A stretch of 64,000 nucleotides of DNA from Vulcanimicrobiota bacterium (GTDB taxonomy: Bacteria > Vulcanimicrobiota > Vulcanimicrobiia > Vulcanimicrobiales > Vulcanimicrobiaceae). A program made the translations under genes and the position numbers. The notes under the pieces are model-generated. The model saw only the letters and a list, made by a program, of their open reading frames with translations, was not told the DNA's origin and made no database searches. Each line of letters opens with the position of its first letter. Position 1 is the first letter of the stretch. This document shows, one piece after another, positions 10,168 through 19,953 of the stretch. The stretch is taken from NCBI GenBank assembly GCA_963820825.1, contig CAWGBN010000008.1, forward strand, positions 615,921 to 679,920, read 5' to 3'.

Positions 10168-10998
10168 TCAGACGGGTGCTTCGCCGGCGATCGTCGCTCG
10201 TCGAACCAGGCGGTGCGCGGGGAAGTAGTCGGCGAGCGCGCAGTGCTGCGTCCAGCGGTTGTCCCACATTGCCACGGTTCCCGCGCTCCATCGCCAGCGT
10301 ACTTGAAACTGCGGCGCGCTCATGTGATCGAAGAGAAAACGCAGCAATGCCTCGCTTTCGCTCGGCGAGAGGCCCTCGATGTGCGAGGTGAAGTCTTGGT
10401 TGACGAAGAGTGCCTTTCGTCCGGTGGCGGGATTGGTCCGGGCGACCGGATGCGAGACGGCGGGATGGCGCGCGTACATCGCGTCGCGACGCTCTTCCAT
10501 GCCGAGCGCCGCGAAACGCTCCGGCGTGAAGTTTTTGGCAAAGGAATGCACCGCACGCAATCCATCGACGAGCTCCTTGAGCGGATCGGAGAGCGCCTCG
10601 TACGCCAGATACATATTCGCCCAGAGCGTGTCGCCGCCAAGCGGGGGTATCTCTTCCGCGTACAGGACCGCCGCCTTCGGCGGCGTCGCGAGATACGTGA
10701 CGTCGTTGTGCCAACGATCGCTGTTCGCACGTCGCGTCGCGTCGTGCTCCAGCACCATGATCTCCGGAGCCTCTTCGTGACCCGGGTAGAACGGATGCAC
10801 GTAGAGCGGTCCGAAACGCCGGGCAAAGTCGCGCTGCTGCACCGGCGTGAGCGACTGATTCTCGAAGAAGAGCACTAGACGGTCGTCGAGCGCCGCGACG
10901 ATCTCCCCTATTTCGTTCTCGGAGAGCGGCTCTCGCAGGTCGAGCCCTTCGACGACGGCACCGATCGCCGGGGTGAGCGGCGTCGTCTTGAGCTTCAC
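10168..10998 (-). CDS. tauD: TauD/TfdA Fe(II)/2-oxoglutarate dioxygenase (taurine dioxygenase-like)
   Basis: PAIGAVVEGLDL, WHNDVT (HxD), GGDTLWANM, HPVARTNP, WDNRWTQH. Confidence 0.85.
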   Translation of the reverse strand: MKLKTTPLTPAIGAVVEGLDLREPLSENEIGEIVAALDDRLVLFFENQSLTPVQQRDFARRFGPLYVHPFYPGHEEAPEIMVLEHDATRRANSDRWHNDVTYLATPPKAAVLYAEEIPPLGGDTLWANMYLAYEALSDPLKELVDGLRAVHSFAKNFTPERFAALGMEERRDAMYARHPAVSHPVARTNPATGRKALFVNQDFTSHIEGLSPSESEALLRFLFDHMSAPQFQVRWRWSAGTVAMWDNRWTQHCALADYFPAHRLVRRATIAGEAPV

Positions 10999-11011
10999 GC
11001 GCGGCGCCGGA

Positions 11012-11602
11012 TTAAAACTCGCCGCCCAGATCGACCGAAACGGTCATTGCGGAGACTCGGCCCTTTTCAATTACGAACGTGAGCGATTCGGGATTCTCGA
11101 CCTTCGTACTCGGATGGGCCATGCTGGTGCCGGGAACCGTGGCCGCGTACATAACGACGAAGCGTGCGCCTTGCGCTCTTGGTTTGCCGCCATAGGTTGC
11201 TAACAGCTCTTGGTACGTGCTGCCGATGCGAACGCCGCGCCCCGTGCTCACCTGCGATAGATCGCCATCGGGAACCGTTACGGCGGGCGGTGACGCCCTG
11301 AAGACCGCAACGCTGCACTGATCGGTGCTCGCTGCAGCCAGTCCGATCTCGTGTTTGCGATCGTACGTTACGAGCTGCCAGATGCCGCCACCGATCGCGA
11401 CCCCACTCCCGCCGCAGTGCATGGAGTGCATCGTCTTCCCCGGCAGAAAATCCGGCTCGATCGTGGCGGCGGCGGTTCCGGACTGGTTCGCCGCCGTTGC
11501 CTTGTAGAACCAGTCGCTCAGGTCGCGATTGGCCACGCCGTTCGCGCCGATGGCCGCAACCAGCATCACGACCGCTAGCGGACGATTTAATGACCGATGC
11601 AT
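11012..11602 (-). CDS. Hypothetical secreted protein
   Basis: Signal-like N-terminus; 196-aa ORF. Confidence 0.55.
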   Translation of the reverse strand: MHRSLNRPLAVVMLVAAIGANGVANRDLSDWFYKATAANQSGTAAATIEPDFLPGKTMHSMHCGGSGVAIGGGIWQLVTYDRKHEIGLAAASTDQCSVAVFRASPPAVTVPDGDLSQVSTGRGVRIGSTYQELLATYGGKPRAQGARFVVMYAATVPGTSMAHPSTKVENPESLTFVIEKGRVSAMTVSVDLGGEF

Positions 11603-11689
11603 ACGATGCTCCAAAGTCCGTCGCGGCCACCGAATCACCTTCTTGGTAGCGCGGTCACAGGCACGTACCGTCACCGGTTAACAGAGAGT

Positions 11690-12406
11690 ATGCGCCACGT
11701 CTTCTTTGCGACGGCACTGGTCTTCGTAGCGGCCGGCGTACGCCCGGCCCCCGCCTGGGCGCAGAGTCTCGCTTACGAACGGATGGCCCCGCTCAGCCGG
11801 TACCTCATCTCCGACCGTCAAGCGGAGATCGACCTCGCGCGAAGCGCGGCGCCGCCGGCGATTTCGCTTCACGCGACCCTCCTCGTGCTCGGCGCTCGCG
11901 GCTATGAGACCGCGGCCAAAGGCACCAACGGTTTTACTTGTCTCGTGGAACGAGCGTGGATGTCGCCGTTCGACTCCCCCCAGTTCTGGAATTGGAAGAT
12001 GCGCGGGCCGATCTGCTACAACCCGGCGGCATCGCGTACCGTTCTGCTCTACACGCTCCGACGCACGCGGCTGGCGGTCTCGGGGCTGACCAAGTCACAA
12101 ATGCTCGATCGCATCAAGGTCGACGTTGCCGATAAGCAGCTGCCGGCACCCGAGTCCGGCTCGATGTCATATATGATGTCGAAGCACGCCAATCTCAGCG
12201 ACGGCGTCGGACCGTGGGTGCCGCACCTGATGCTCTACGCTCCGAAAGCAGATGGCGCGAACGACGGAGCGAGCTGGGGCGCCGACGTGCCCGCGTCGCC
12301 GGTCATACTCGACACGTCGCACCGCGTCGTGCCGGAGCCGGAAACGATCTTTATGATCCCCGTCGCCCATTGGTCTGACGGAACCTTTAGCAGTTCCAAG
12401 CACTGA
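11690..12406 (+). CDS. Hypothetical secreted protein
   Basis: Signal peptide ending AWA; EIDLARSAAP, GTNGFTCLVER, PHLM motifs. Confidence 0.7.
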   Translation: MRHVFFATALVFVAAGVRPAPAWAQSLAYERMAPLSRYLISDRQAEIDLARSAAPPAISLHATLLVLGARGYETAAKGTNGFTCLVERAWMSPFDSPQFWNWKMRGPICYNPAASRTVLLYTLRRTRLAVSGLTKSQMLDRIKVDVADKQLPAPESGSMSYMMSKHANLSDGVGPWVPHLMLYAPKADGANDGASWGADVPASPVILDTSHRVVPEPETIFMIPVAHWSDGTFSSSKH

Positions 12407-13409
12407 GGAACTTGAGCAAATCGCCGACGGGACCCGCATAGTAGTAGCGAGGTTCGTCGTAGAGCAGATTGCCGATTGCGTACCACGCCCCGCGCCGGTA
12501 AACGACGACGGTGATCTGGTTCACCATAGCCGAGCGATTGCCGGGCGACCGCAAGGAGACCGGAACGAGCGTGTTATTCTCTTGCCTCCGAGGCACTCCA
12601 ACGGCGTACGATGACGCCGCCGATGAGGCGTTTGCAAAGAGATCGAAGGGCACGCTGCCGTTGCAGTCGGAGCACGTACGAACAGCGAAGCCTCCGCCGG
12701 TTGCGTAGGAGTTCGAAAGGTACTCGAAGAGGTCGTTATCGAGCAGCGCTTTGGCTTCGAGCATATGTTCTTCGATGTGCCCGCGGCTTGCGACGTATAA
12801 ATCGTAGAAGGCTTTGACCACTCCGACCGCGCTGGTGGCGCTGCCTCTCGCCGCCGGATCGAGCGGCATCACGCCGATTAGCATGAGAAAGCTGCGCAGG
12901 TCGGTGATCGGCCCGAAGTTGTAATATCGCGGACGCGGGTATTCCAGGTCGGAGATCGTGTAGTGCGCGCCGTGGCGAGAGAGCACCACAGTGACCCGTG
13001 AGGTCGTTTTGGAGCGGCCGGACAACCGAAGCGTCACGTCCACGAAGGCGCGGCCGTCGACGATGCGCGCGGCGGCGAGCGAATACGACGATACGGGCGA
13101 CTGAGCATAGACGACGGGATCGAAAGGTCCGTACGGACACCGGCCGACATCCATGTATCCCGGGCACGAGTTAGCCAATAGCATTCCGGGATTTGCCTGG
13201 CTCAGCGCGGCATAGAGCGCAGGCTCGAATAGCGCTTTCACCTCCACAAGCCGCTCGCCGACACGACCGTTCTTGGTGACGTACCAGTTGTAGAAAGCGC
13301 TTACCGTCCGCACGGGACCGGTCTCGGCGGCGTGCGCGCCGAGCGTCGTCATTCCGAGCAGCGTCATGACGAGGAGCGCGAGAGGGACGCCGTATCTCAT
13401 CGGCTTCAC
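12387..13409 (-). CDS. Secreted protein with two tandem DUF3828-like domains
   Basis: Internal duplication: VSAFYNWYV/VKAFYDLYV, PFDPVV/PFDLFA, ISDLEYPRPRYY/IGNLLYDEPRYY. Confidence 0.6.
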   Translation of the reverse strand: MKPMRYGVPLALLVMTLLGMTTLGAHAAETGPVRTVSAFYNWYVTKNGRVGERLVEVKALFEPALYAALSQANPGMLLANSCPGYMDVGRCPYGPFDPVVYAQSPVSSYSLAAARIVDGRAFVDVTLRLSGRSKTTSRVTVVLSRHGAHYTISDLEYPRPRYYNFGPITDLRSFLMLIGVMPLDPAARGSATSAVGVVKAFYDLYVASRGHIEEHMLEAKALLDNDLFEYLSNSYATGGGFAVRTCSDCNGSVPFDLFANASSAASSYAVGVPRRQENNTLVPVSLRSPGNRSAMVNQITVVVYRRGAWYAIGNLLYDEPRYYYAGPVGDLLKFLSAWNC

Positions 13410-13554
13410 CGGAGCAGAAGCATTCTCGCCCGAGCGCAGACGAATCCCCCCGCCCTGGATTGAGTTAGCCCAAACCCTGACTATGGTTTTCCTAACGAGG
13501 AGGGAGCTCGTGGAAGGGATGGTAAGGACTGAGCCGATCGGAGGTGCGCGGAGA

Positions 13555-14070
13555 ATGGCGCGGAATTTGACGCCTCATCGGCATGGATCGAGAGTCCTCG
13601 GGATCTGCGCTCTCGCTGCGTCGTGTATCGCCGTGATGAATTCGCTCCCCGCTTTGGGCCAGGCCGAGCAGTACGTCCCCGGGGTATGGCATTACCGGTC
13701 GGTTGCGTGTGTCGACGCGACGGTCACGTCGGTCGAGCCGCGCCTCGTGGGTGAGGGGCAAACCAAATTCAGCGTGCAAGACTTTGAAAACGGGGTTGCC
13801 GTTACGTTCAACACGCATCTCGGCAGCGATCCGGCGCATCCGCACACGTTCGCTTCGGTGACGCACTACGGCGGATTGCCGGGCAACGAGATCATGGTAC
13901 GCGAACGGCCCGGAGACAAGGTTCAGGTCTGTTTTCTCTCGCGCCCGGCGCCAACGGTTGATTGCAACCCGGACCTAGACGAAAGAGGCCGTATCTACCG
14001 GGTTTACGATTACCGTCAGCGCGAGCAGTACTCCGGGATGAACACCGAACACGGCTGCGGAGGAGCGTAG
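13555..14070 (+). CDS. Hypothetical secreted Cys-containing protein
   Basis: GGAG upstream; signal peptide; C-terminal HGCGGA. Confidence 0.6.
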   Translation: MARNLTPHRHGSRVLGICALAASCIAVMNSLPALGQAEQYVPGVWHYRSVACVDATVTSVEPRLVGEGQTKFSVQDFENGVAVTFNTHLGSDPAHPHTFASVTHYGGLPGNEIMVRERPGDKVQVCFLSRPAPTVDCNPDLDERGRIYRVYDYRQREQYSGMNTEHGCGGA

Positions 14071-14074
14071 CCGG

Positions 14075-14908
14075 TTGATCGTTCATCTCGTCGACGGAAC
14101 CTACGAGCTCTTCCGGCATTTCTATGGACTGCGTCGCGCTACCGATGGGAGGGAGCGACGATTCGGCGCGGCTCTCGGAGTGCTCAATACCGTATTACAA
14201 ATGATCGGCGAGAGTGCCACGCACCTCGGTGTCGCCACCGATCACGTTATCGAGTCCTTCCGCAACGGACTGTGGAGCGGCTACAAAACGGGAGAGGGCA
14301 TCGACTCATCGCTGTTCGCGCAGTTCGAACCGCTCGAGGAGGCGTTGCGCGCGATGGGGATTCCCACTTGGGCGATGATCGAGCTCGAGGCCGATGATGC
14401 TCTGGCCTCGGCGGCCACCGTCGCCGCGCAGGATTCGCGGGTAGATAGAGTCTGCATTTGGACTCCGGATAAAGATCTCGCCCAATGCGTGCGCGACGAT
14501 CGCATCGTGCAAGTCGACCGGAGGAGCAAGGTCGTTCGGAACGCCGACGGCGTGCGGGCGAAGTTTGGGGTGAGCCCCGAACTGATACCCGACTATCTTG
14601 CGCTCGTCGGCGATTCGGCCGACGGCTATCCCGGCATGGCAGGCATTGGGCCCAAGGGCGCTGCCGCTCTCCTCACACGGTATGGCGCGATCGAGCAGTT
14701 CCCGCCGGAGGTGCTCGGTGAGCGGCAGCCTCTCGCGCTGTTATTTAAGGAACTGGCGACCCTTCGAACCGATGCGCAACTCTTTGGCGACGTCAACGAA
14801 CTAGAGTGGCGCGGCCCTACCGCCGGGTTTCCCGCCATATGCGAGCGGCTCGACGCCCCCGATCTCCTTGCGCGCGTCACGAGAGTCGCGCGAGATCGCG
14901 AACGCTAA
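14075..14908 (+). CDS. 5'-3' exonuclease / flap endonuclease (Pol I N-terminal-like)
   Basis: LVDGTYELFR, EADDALAS, TPDKDLAQ, YLALVGDSADGYPGMAGIGPKGA (H3TH). Confidence 0.9.
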   Translation: MIVHLVDGTYELFRHFYGLRRATDGRERRFGAALGVLNTVLQMIGESATHLGVATDHVIESFRNGLWSGYKTGEGIDSSLFAQFEPLEEALRAMGIPTWAMIELEADDALASAATVAAQDSRVDRVCIWTPDKDLAQCVRDDRIVQVDRRSKVVRNADGVRAKFGVSPELIPDYLALVGDSADGYPGMAGIGPKGAAALLTRYGAIEQFPPEVLGERQPLALLFKELATLRTDAQLFGDVNELEWRGPTAGFPAICERLDAPDLLARVTRVARDRER

Positions 14909-15015
14909 CTGCGTAGCGATCGAAAGCTCGCGCGCTCGTCGTCTCGACTGTGATGTGCTTCTTGGCAAGCCGTGCTAAATTTGACGGCGGTTTCGCCTAC
15001 CCAAGTCGGCGTCGC

Positions 15016-15972
15016 TTAGCGTGCGATAAAGATTCCCATTGCTCCGGCGTCCGCGTCACCGAAGGCATGGGTGACGAACGGGTACTTCCCAGGCTGCAAA
15101 ACCGCGAACTCGGTGACGGCGGCTCCGCCCGGAGGAATCGCGAGAGTCTGGATTCCGACCAAGAGGTTCTTCGGATTGCCGTCGATGTAGGCGCGCTGGA
15201 GAAGCGTGCCTACCACGTGAAACGCAGAGAAATGCGACGGCCCTGCGTTAACGATGAAGACGCGGACCCTTCGGCCCACTGAGATCGGAAGCGGCTTGCG
15301 CATGTATTGAAGCGCCATGCCGTTGAAATCGACGACATCGGCGACGCCGCTCTGCATTTTTACGAAGTCGCCCTGATACTCGTCGGTCCCCTCGACCTGT
15401 TTGGGATAGAACTCACTCTGTACGAACACGTACGACTGCGCACTGGGCCCCCACCCCCCTTTCGGGTCGACGACGATCGCGCCGTACATGCCGTTGCTGA
15501 TGTGCATAAGCACCGGCGTCGTTCCGCAATGATAGAGAAATGCCCCGGGCGACGATGCGACCCAGGAGAAATGCAGTGTCTGGCCGGGCTGAATCGTTTG
15601 ATAGGCGACGTTTGGCGGCGCGAGCGCGGCATGAAAGTCGATCGAGTGTCCGATCGATGCCTTATTCGTCAGCGTGACGTCGATGCGGTCTCCTACCCGC
15701 GCATGAATCACTGGTCCCGGCACGATACCGTTGAACGTCCAAGCACGATACTTTATCGTCGGCGAGATTTGCACGACGGTGTCGATCAGCGCCAATCGAA
15801 CGAAAACGGTACGATTCGCCGAGAGCGGCGGCAGTAGGTCGAGTATCGATGGATCGCCTGGTGGCACGTCGACGGTGCCGCTCGTCACTTGTGCGGTCAC
15901 GGGTGGTAGCTGGTCCGCCGATGCTACGAGCGGGATCGCGACCGCGGCAACGATCGACCAGAAGTAGCGCAT
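15016..15972 (-). CDS. nirK: Copper-containing nitrite reductase-like two-domain multicopper protein
   Basis: HSIDFH, YHC...MHISNGMYG, SAFHVVG, FVTH: type 1 and type 2 Cu ligands plus catalytic Asp/His; signal peptide. Confidence 0.75.
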   Translation of the reverse strand: MRYFWSIVAAVAIPLVASADQLPPVTAQVTSGTVDVPPGDPSILDLLPPLSANRTVFVRLALIDTVVQISPTIKYRAWTFNGIVPGPVIHARVGDRIDVTLTNKASIGHSIDFHAALAPPNVAYQTIQPGQTLHFSWVASSPGAFLYHCGTTPVLMHISNGMYGAIVVDPKGGWGPSAQSYVFVQSEFYPKQVEGTDEYQGDFVKMQSGVADVVDFNGMALQYMRKPLPISVGRRVRVFIVNAGPSHFSAFHVVGTLLQRAYIDGNPKNLLVGIQTLAIPPGGAAVTEFAVLQPGKYPFVTHAFGDADAGAMGIFIAR

Positions 15973-16092
15973 GCTCAATCCCTTCACCTCGCCGGAGAAC
16001 CTGTTCGACTTCATTTTATGACAGCATACGTCGCACTTGAGAAGATCCCATGAAAGTCGCGATCCGGCCCACCTCGTCCATATCGTTTGCTC

Positions 16093-16602
16093 TCAGAGGG
16101 AAGGTCGTTGCTCCGCACCCTGATCCGCGCCACCCGCTTGGCTGCCGGCAAGCGTCATTACATCGAGGGTTGCGGCGTTCTCTGCGGCGATTGCCTTTTC
16201 GACTCGATCAATTAGCAATTTTAGTCTTTGCTGTTCCGATGCTACCTTTTCATAAGGACCCGTACCTGTAAGAAAAAAGACTTGCTCGTGTCCCAAGAAC
16301 TGCTCGGTGGAACGGTAGTTCTTCCATTGTTCTCGATAGTGATATACGGATTCCAGCGCGATCGTCGCGGCCACGGCAACACTCACTAATGTGCTTACGA
16401 TAGTGTGATATGGGAAAGACAGATTTACCAAAACAGGTATTACGACGCCACCGGCCACCGTAATCGTTCGCATCTGAAAATAACGCGACTTGCAAATTAC
16501 GGCTTTTGAATCATACCAGCCCTGATACTGCTTTACACGCCGGTTGATGTAGTCTTCGGCACTTTGAAACAGTTCCACAGTGTTCCCCTCTTGGAGAGCC
16601 AT
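16093..16602 (-). CDS. DUF4231 / SLATT-like 2TM protein
   Basis: YINRRVKQYQGWYDSKA, two TM helices, YREQWKNYRSTEQFL; visibly more AT-rich than flanks. Confidence 0.75.
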   Translation of the reverse strand: MALQEGNTVELFQSAEDYINRRVKQYQGWYDSKAVICKSRYFQMRTITVAGGVVIPVLVNLSFPYHTIVSTLVSVAVAATIALESVYHYREQWKNYRSTEQFLGHEQVFFLTGTGPYEKVASEQQRLKLLIDRVEKAIAAENAATLDVMTLAGSQAGGADQGAEQRPSL

Positions 16603-17069
16603 CGAGACACGCTTCGTCTTAAAGCGATTAGCGATTCTAGCTCGTACCGCTGAGCGCCTAGTGTTGCGCGAGAAGATGGCGCCACAGCGTCCGAACGAGC
16701 GAGCGCAAACGTCGCGGCTATTACGGGGGACGACTCGCGGCCATCTGCAAAGCTTCGCTAGGAGACGCGCTCGCCCTGAGGCTGCCGTTGGGCCGGGCGT
16801 CGACGTACTGCTCCAAGGTTGAGACGTTCGGCGCCGCGGTAGCCAAAGCCATGCAGTGGCGATGCCGCCGACGGTTATCCCGGCATCGCGGACGCCGGGC
16901 CGAAGGATCCCGGAAACTCACCGGGGTCTCGGAAGAAAATGCAACCTTTTTCGCTTCTCTGCGGTAGAAGGGTTTGCATCGGCCAGGAATCTGTGAGACA
17001 CTCCTTGCCGTCCTCAAGCGCGATCTTTCGAGTGGTCGATAAGTTGCGCCCACCGAAAGATAGGTTTCA

Positions 17070-18263
17070 ATCATCTCCATTTTCTTAGAGCTTCCCCTGG
17101 ATGCTGCCATACGTCGCGGCATCGAAGACCTTCACTATAAAGAGCCCACGGCTATCCAGCGAAACGCCATTCCCATTGCTCTGGCCGGCCGCGACGTCTT
17201 TGCCAGCGCTCCAACCGGCAGCGGCAAGACCGCGGCCTTCGGCATTCCGTTACTGCAACGACTGCTCGCCCGACGCGCCGACCGGCGTGCCGCGCTGATC
17301 CTGACGCCGACCCGCGAGCTGGCGCAGCAAATCGCGGAGCATCTTCGGCAGTTGGCAAAACACACCAGCCTGCAGATCACGCCGATTTACGGCGGGGTGG
17401 CCATGAAACCGCAGATCAAGGCGATGCGCCGCGGTACCGACGTTATCGTCGCAACGCCCGGACGGCTCATCGATTTGATGCAGCAGGGCGAAGCGCGTCT
17501 CGACAACGTTGCTATTCTCGTGCTCGACGAAGCGGACCGTATGCTCGACATGGGGTTCTTACCGGCCGTAAAGCGCGTTGTCGCCAAACTCCCAGCCGAC
17601 CGGCAAACGCTCTGCTTTTCGGCAACGCTCGGAAGCGCGGTGGTTCAGCTTGCACGCGAATTTCTCCGCGATCCCGTGCGCATCAACTTGGCACCGCCAA
17701 CGCCGGTAGCAACCGTAACCCAGTGGGTATACGAAGTGGAACCGCACAAAAAGACCGATCTTCTGGTGGATCTGCTCAAAGACGGACGCGTCTTCAACGC
17801 AATCGTTTTTACGCGGACTAAGTCGCGGGCCGAGCGCGTCGCCGGTGCTCTGATGCGGCATCGCGTCGATGCGGAGCGCATTCACGGCGATCGTTCGCAG
17901 GCGCAGCGCTCGCGAGCGCTCGAGGCCTTTAAGAAGGGGCGCTACCAGGTCTTAGTCGCGACCGACGTCGCCGCGCGAGGCCTCGACATCGACGATCTCG
18001 GACACGTCATCAACTACGACGTCCCCGCCGAGCCCACCGATTACTTGCATCGCATCGGACGTACGGCGCGCGCTCAAAAGACCGGCGACGCGATTACGTT
18101 CGTTTCGCGTGACGAAGCCCGCTCGTTTGCACGGATCGAAGGCGCAATCGGCACGTCTTTAGCGCGCAGCGAGCACGGTTTCATGGAGCCCGCGTCCGAT
18201 CGAGCGGTTGCGGTCGCGCCGCCGGTGCGTCGCCGGTCATTTCAGCGACGGCGTCGTCGCTAA
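17070..18263 (+). CDS. DEAD-box RNA helicase (RhlE-like); start codon appears non-canonical
   Basis: Frame open from 17064: Q motif (F.EL.L...YKEPTAIQ), APTGSGKT, PTRELAQQ, DEAD, SAT, HRIGRTAR. First ATG/GTG/TTG (17352) lies downstream of motif Ia. Confidence 0.85.
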   Translation: MISIFLELPLDAAIRRGIEDLHYKEPTAIQRNAIPIALAGRDVFASAPTGSGKTAAFGIPLLQRLLARRADRRAALILTPTRELAQQIAEHLRQLAKHTSLQITPIYGGVAMKPQIKAMRRGTDVIVATPGRLIDLMQQGEARLDNVAILVLDEADRMLDMGFLPAVKRVVAKLPADRQTLCFSATLGSAVVQLAREFLRDPVRINLAPPTPVATVTQWVYEVEPHKKTDLLVDLLKDGRVFNAIVFTRTKSRAERVAGALMRHRVDAERIHGDRSQAQRSRALEAFKKGRYQVLVATDVAARGLDIDDLGHVINYDVPAEPTDYLHRIGRTARAQKTGDAITFVSRDEARSFARIEGAIGTSLARSEHGFMEPASDRAVAVAPPVRRRSFQRRRRR

Positions 18264-18324
18264 TATTTCACCAAAACCAGGCGGTCTTCCTAACGGCCGT
18301 CGAATCGAGACCTAGGAGGCTCAA

Positions 18325-18636
18325 ATGTACACCGACGAAACCCTTACCTGCGTCGACTGCGGACGCGCATTTCAATTCACTGCGAGCGAACAAGAGTTCT
18401 TTGCAAGCAAAGGATTCACGAACAAGCCCAGCCGGTGCGGCGATTGCCGCGCGGCACGAAAAGCCGCCGGCGGCGGCCGCAGCGGATCGAGAGGCGGCGG
18501 CTACGGCGGTCAACGCGAGATGTTCAAGGCCACCTGCAGCCAATGCGGCGGCGTAGCGGAAGTTCCGTTCGAACCGCGCGGAGACAAGCCGGTGTATTGC
18601 CGGGATTGCTTCGCATCGCGACCAAATTACCGCTAA
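18325..18636 (+). CDS. Zinc-ribbon / CxxC-x17-CxxC domain protein
   Basis: Two CxxC..CxxC modules linked by a Gly-rich segment; SD GGAGG. Confidence 0.85.
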   Translation: MYTDETLTCVDCGRAFQFTASEQEFFASKGFTNKPSRCGDCRAARKAAGGGRSGSRGGGYGGQREMFKATCSQCGGVAEVPFEPRGDKPVYCRDCFASRPNYR

Positions 18637-18807
18637 TGGCCGGCGATCGTTGCGCGAATTATCGTACGAGCATATAGGTCTGGGTATGCCACGAACCGGC
18701 AAGGAACGTACCACCTAGGGCAAACGCGGCCCAGCCGGCGAGCAGCCAAAGATCTCTTAAATCGTTCGTCATGCGTTGTAGTGTAGCGGCCGAGGCGTAC
18801 GAAAACG

Positions 18808-19527
18808 TCACACGAGGCAGGTGACGATGGCCAGCCCCTTGGCCGCGGCGTCCGAAAAGAAACCGCGCAGGCGGCGGAAGCCGTCGAGAATCCAGTCCGC
18901 GTCGGAAGATTGCCAGCCAGGGTAGATTTCGAGTTCGGACATCCGCTTGGGGTCGAAGCGCGCGGCTGCCTCCGACTCGAGCTCCGGGCGGCCGAGCGCC
19001 GCCGCGAGTTCCTTCACCTGGACCGGGGTGAAGTAGCGTGCCGGCCCGTAGCCCGAGAAGCCTTCGTTGTCGTCGTCACCGAGAGCCGTTCCGCCCAGGA
19101 CGGCCTGGCTCAGAAGCGACGGCCCGGCTTCGGCTTCACCGCAGAGAACGTAGTGCACGCCGTGCCACGCTTTGTCGAGTGAGAGAACCGCGTGCGTGCC
19201 GGCCGCCTTCGGTGGCGAAGTGGAACGGCGCCGCTCCATCACGGTCAAGATCTCGTCCCCGCTCAGGCCGCGTGCCCACTCTGCCGGCGTCTTGCCGAGG
19301 CGCTCCGCGAGCCGCTCCTGCAGCCTTGGATCGAGCCGCGAAAGCGTATCGGCCAGCATTTGCGGCCCGACAGCCCGCACTCGATCCTGCATCGTCTTCG
19401 CGAGCCTGATGAAGGCGTCGGGCATGCCGCTCTCCTCGTTGAAGAGAGCCTCCACCGACGACGGATCGGCTTCGAATTGTGAAAGCTCGTCGGCGTGCAC
19501 CTGAACGAACGTTGCGTTCATCGACAT
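18808..19527 (-). CDS. YfbM / DUF1877 family protein
   Basis: MSM N-terminus, LDKAWHGVHYVL, GYGPARYFTP, IYPGW. Confidence 0.8.
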   Translation of the reverse strand: MSMNATFVQVHADELSQFEADPSSVEALFNEESGMPDAFIRLAKTMQDRVRAVGPQMLADTLSRLDPRLQERLAERLGKTPAEWARGLSGDEILTVMERRRSTSPPKAAGTHAVLSLDKAWHGVHYVLCGEAEAGPSLLSQAVLGGTALGDDDNEGFSGYGPARYFTPVQVKELAAALGRPELESEAAARFDPKRMSELEIYPGWQSSDADWILDGFRRLRGFFSDAAAKGLAIVTCLV

Positions 19528-19563
19528 ACCCCATTTGATTAGTGCACGAGCCGGGGTATTCCG

Positions 19564-19914
19564 TTACGTAGGCGGTCCGATGAGGATCCACGTCCTCCCT
19601 TGGAAGCTCCGGATCATGACGACCAATGCGTGCGCTCCCTCTCCGATGAGGAAAGCGTCTTCGGTCTTTTCCATCCCCGGTTGCTGCATCTCGGTCTTAT
19701 CTGCGAGATGCGCCTGATACCAGGCTTTGACCGTGGCGAAGCTCGCCGAAGTGACGAAGGCTTTGACTTGCGGAGGCGGCGTCTTCAGCGCGACCCCCTT
19801 TGGGAGATTGCCGGGAACTGCGTCCGGATAGACTGGTGGCGCCGTGGAAGCCGCCGACGCTGCCCCAATCGCGGCGAGAGCCGCGAACGACAATGTGGTT
19901 AGAAACGCTCGCAC
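19564..19914 (-). CDS. Hypothetical secreted protein
   Basis: SD AAGGAG; signal peptide; PVYPDA motif. Confidence 0.6.
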   Translation of the reverse strand: MRAFLTTLSFAALAAIGAASAASTAPPVYPDAVPGNLPKGVALKTPPPQVKAFVTSASFATVKAWYQAHLADKTEMQQPGMEKTEDAFLIGEGAHALVVMIRSFQGRTWILIGPPT

Positions 19915-19953
19915 GATATCTCCTTAAAACATCGACTCCGTTTTGACCGCTTT

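Noticed and set aside
10166..10714. N-terminal extensions in the ORF track (APC permease to 10714, PNPOx from 41329, GloVer to 36081)
   Set aside because: They overlap other genes or att/arm repeats; family-like sequence starts at the downstream starts I used.
11643..11652. TGGTAGCGC as another att copy
   Set aside because: Only 9 nt match, far from the array, with no arm or hairpin; plausible by chance.
18715..18760. c-di-GMP-I riboswitch-like GGGCAAAC (also GGGCGCAAAGCC at 32514)
   Set aside because: The GNRA-capped stem and the paired second motif are missing in both places.
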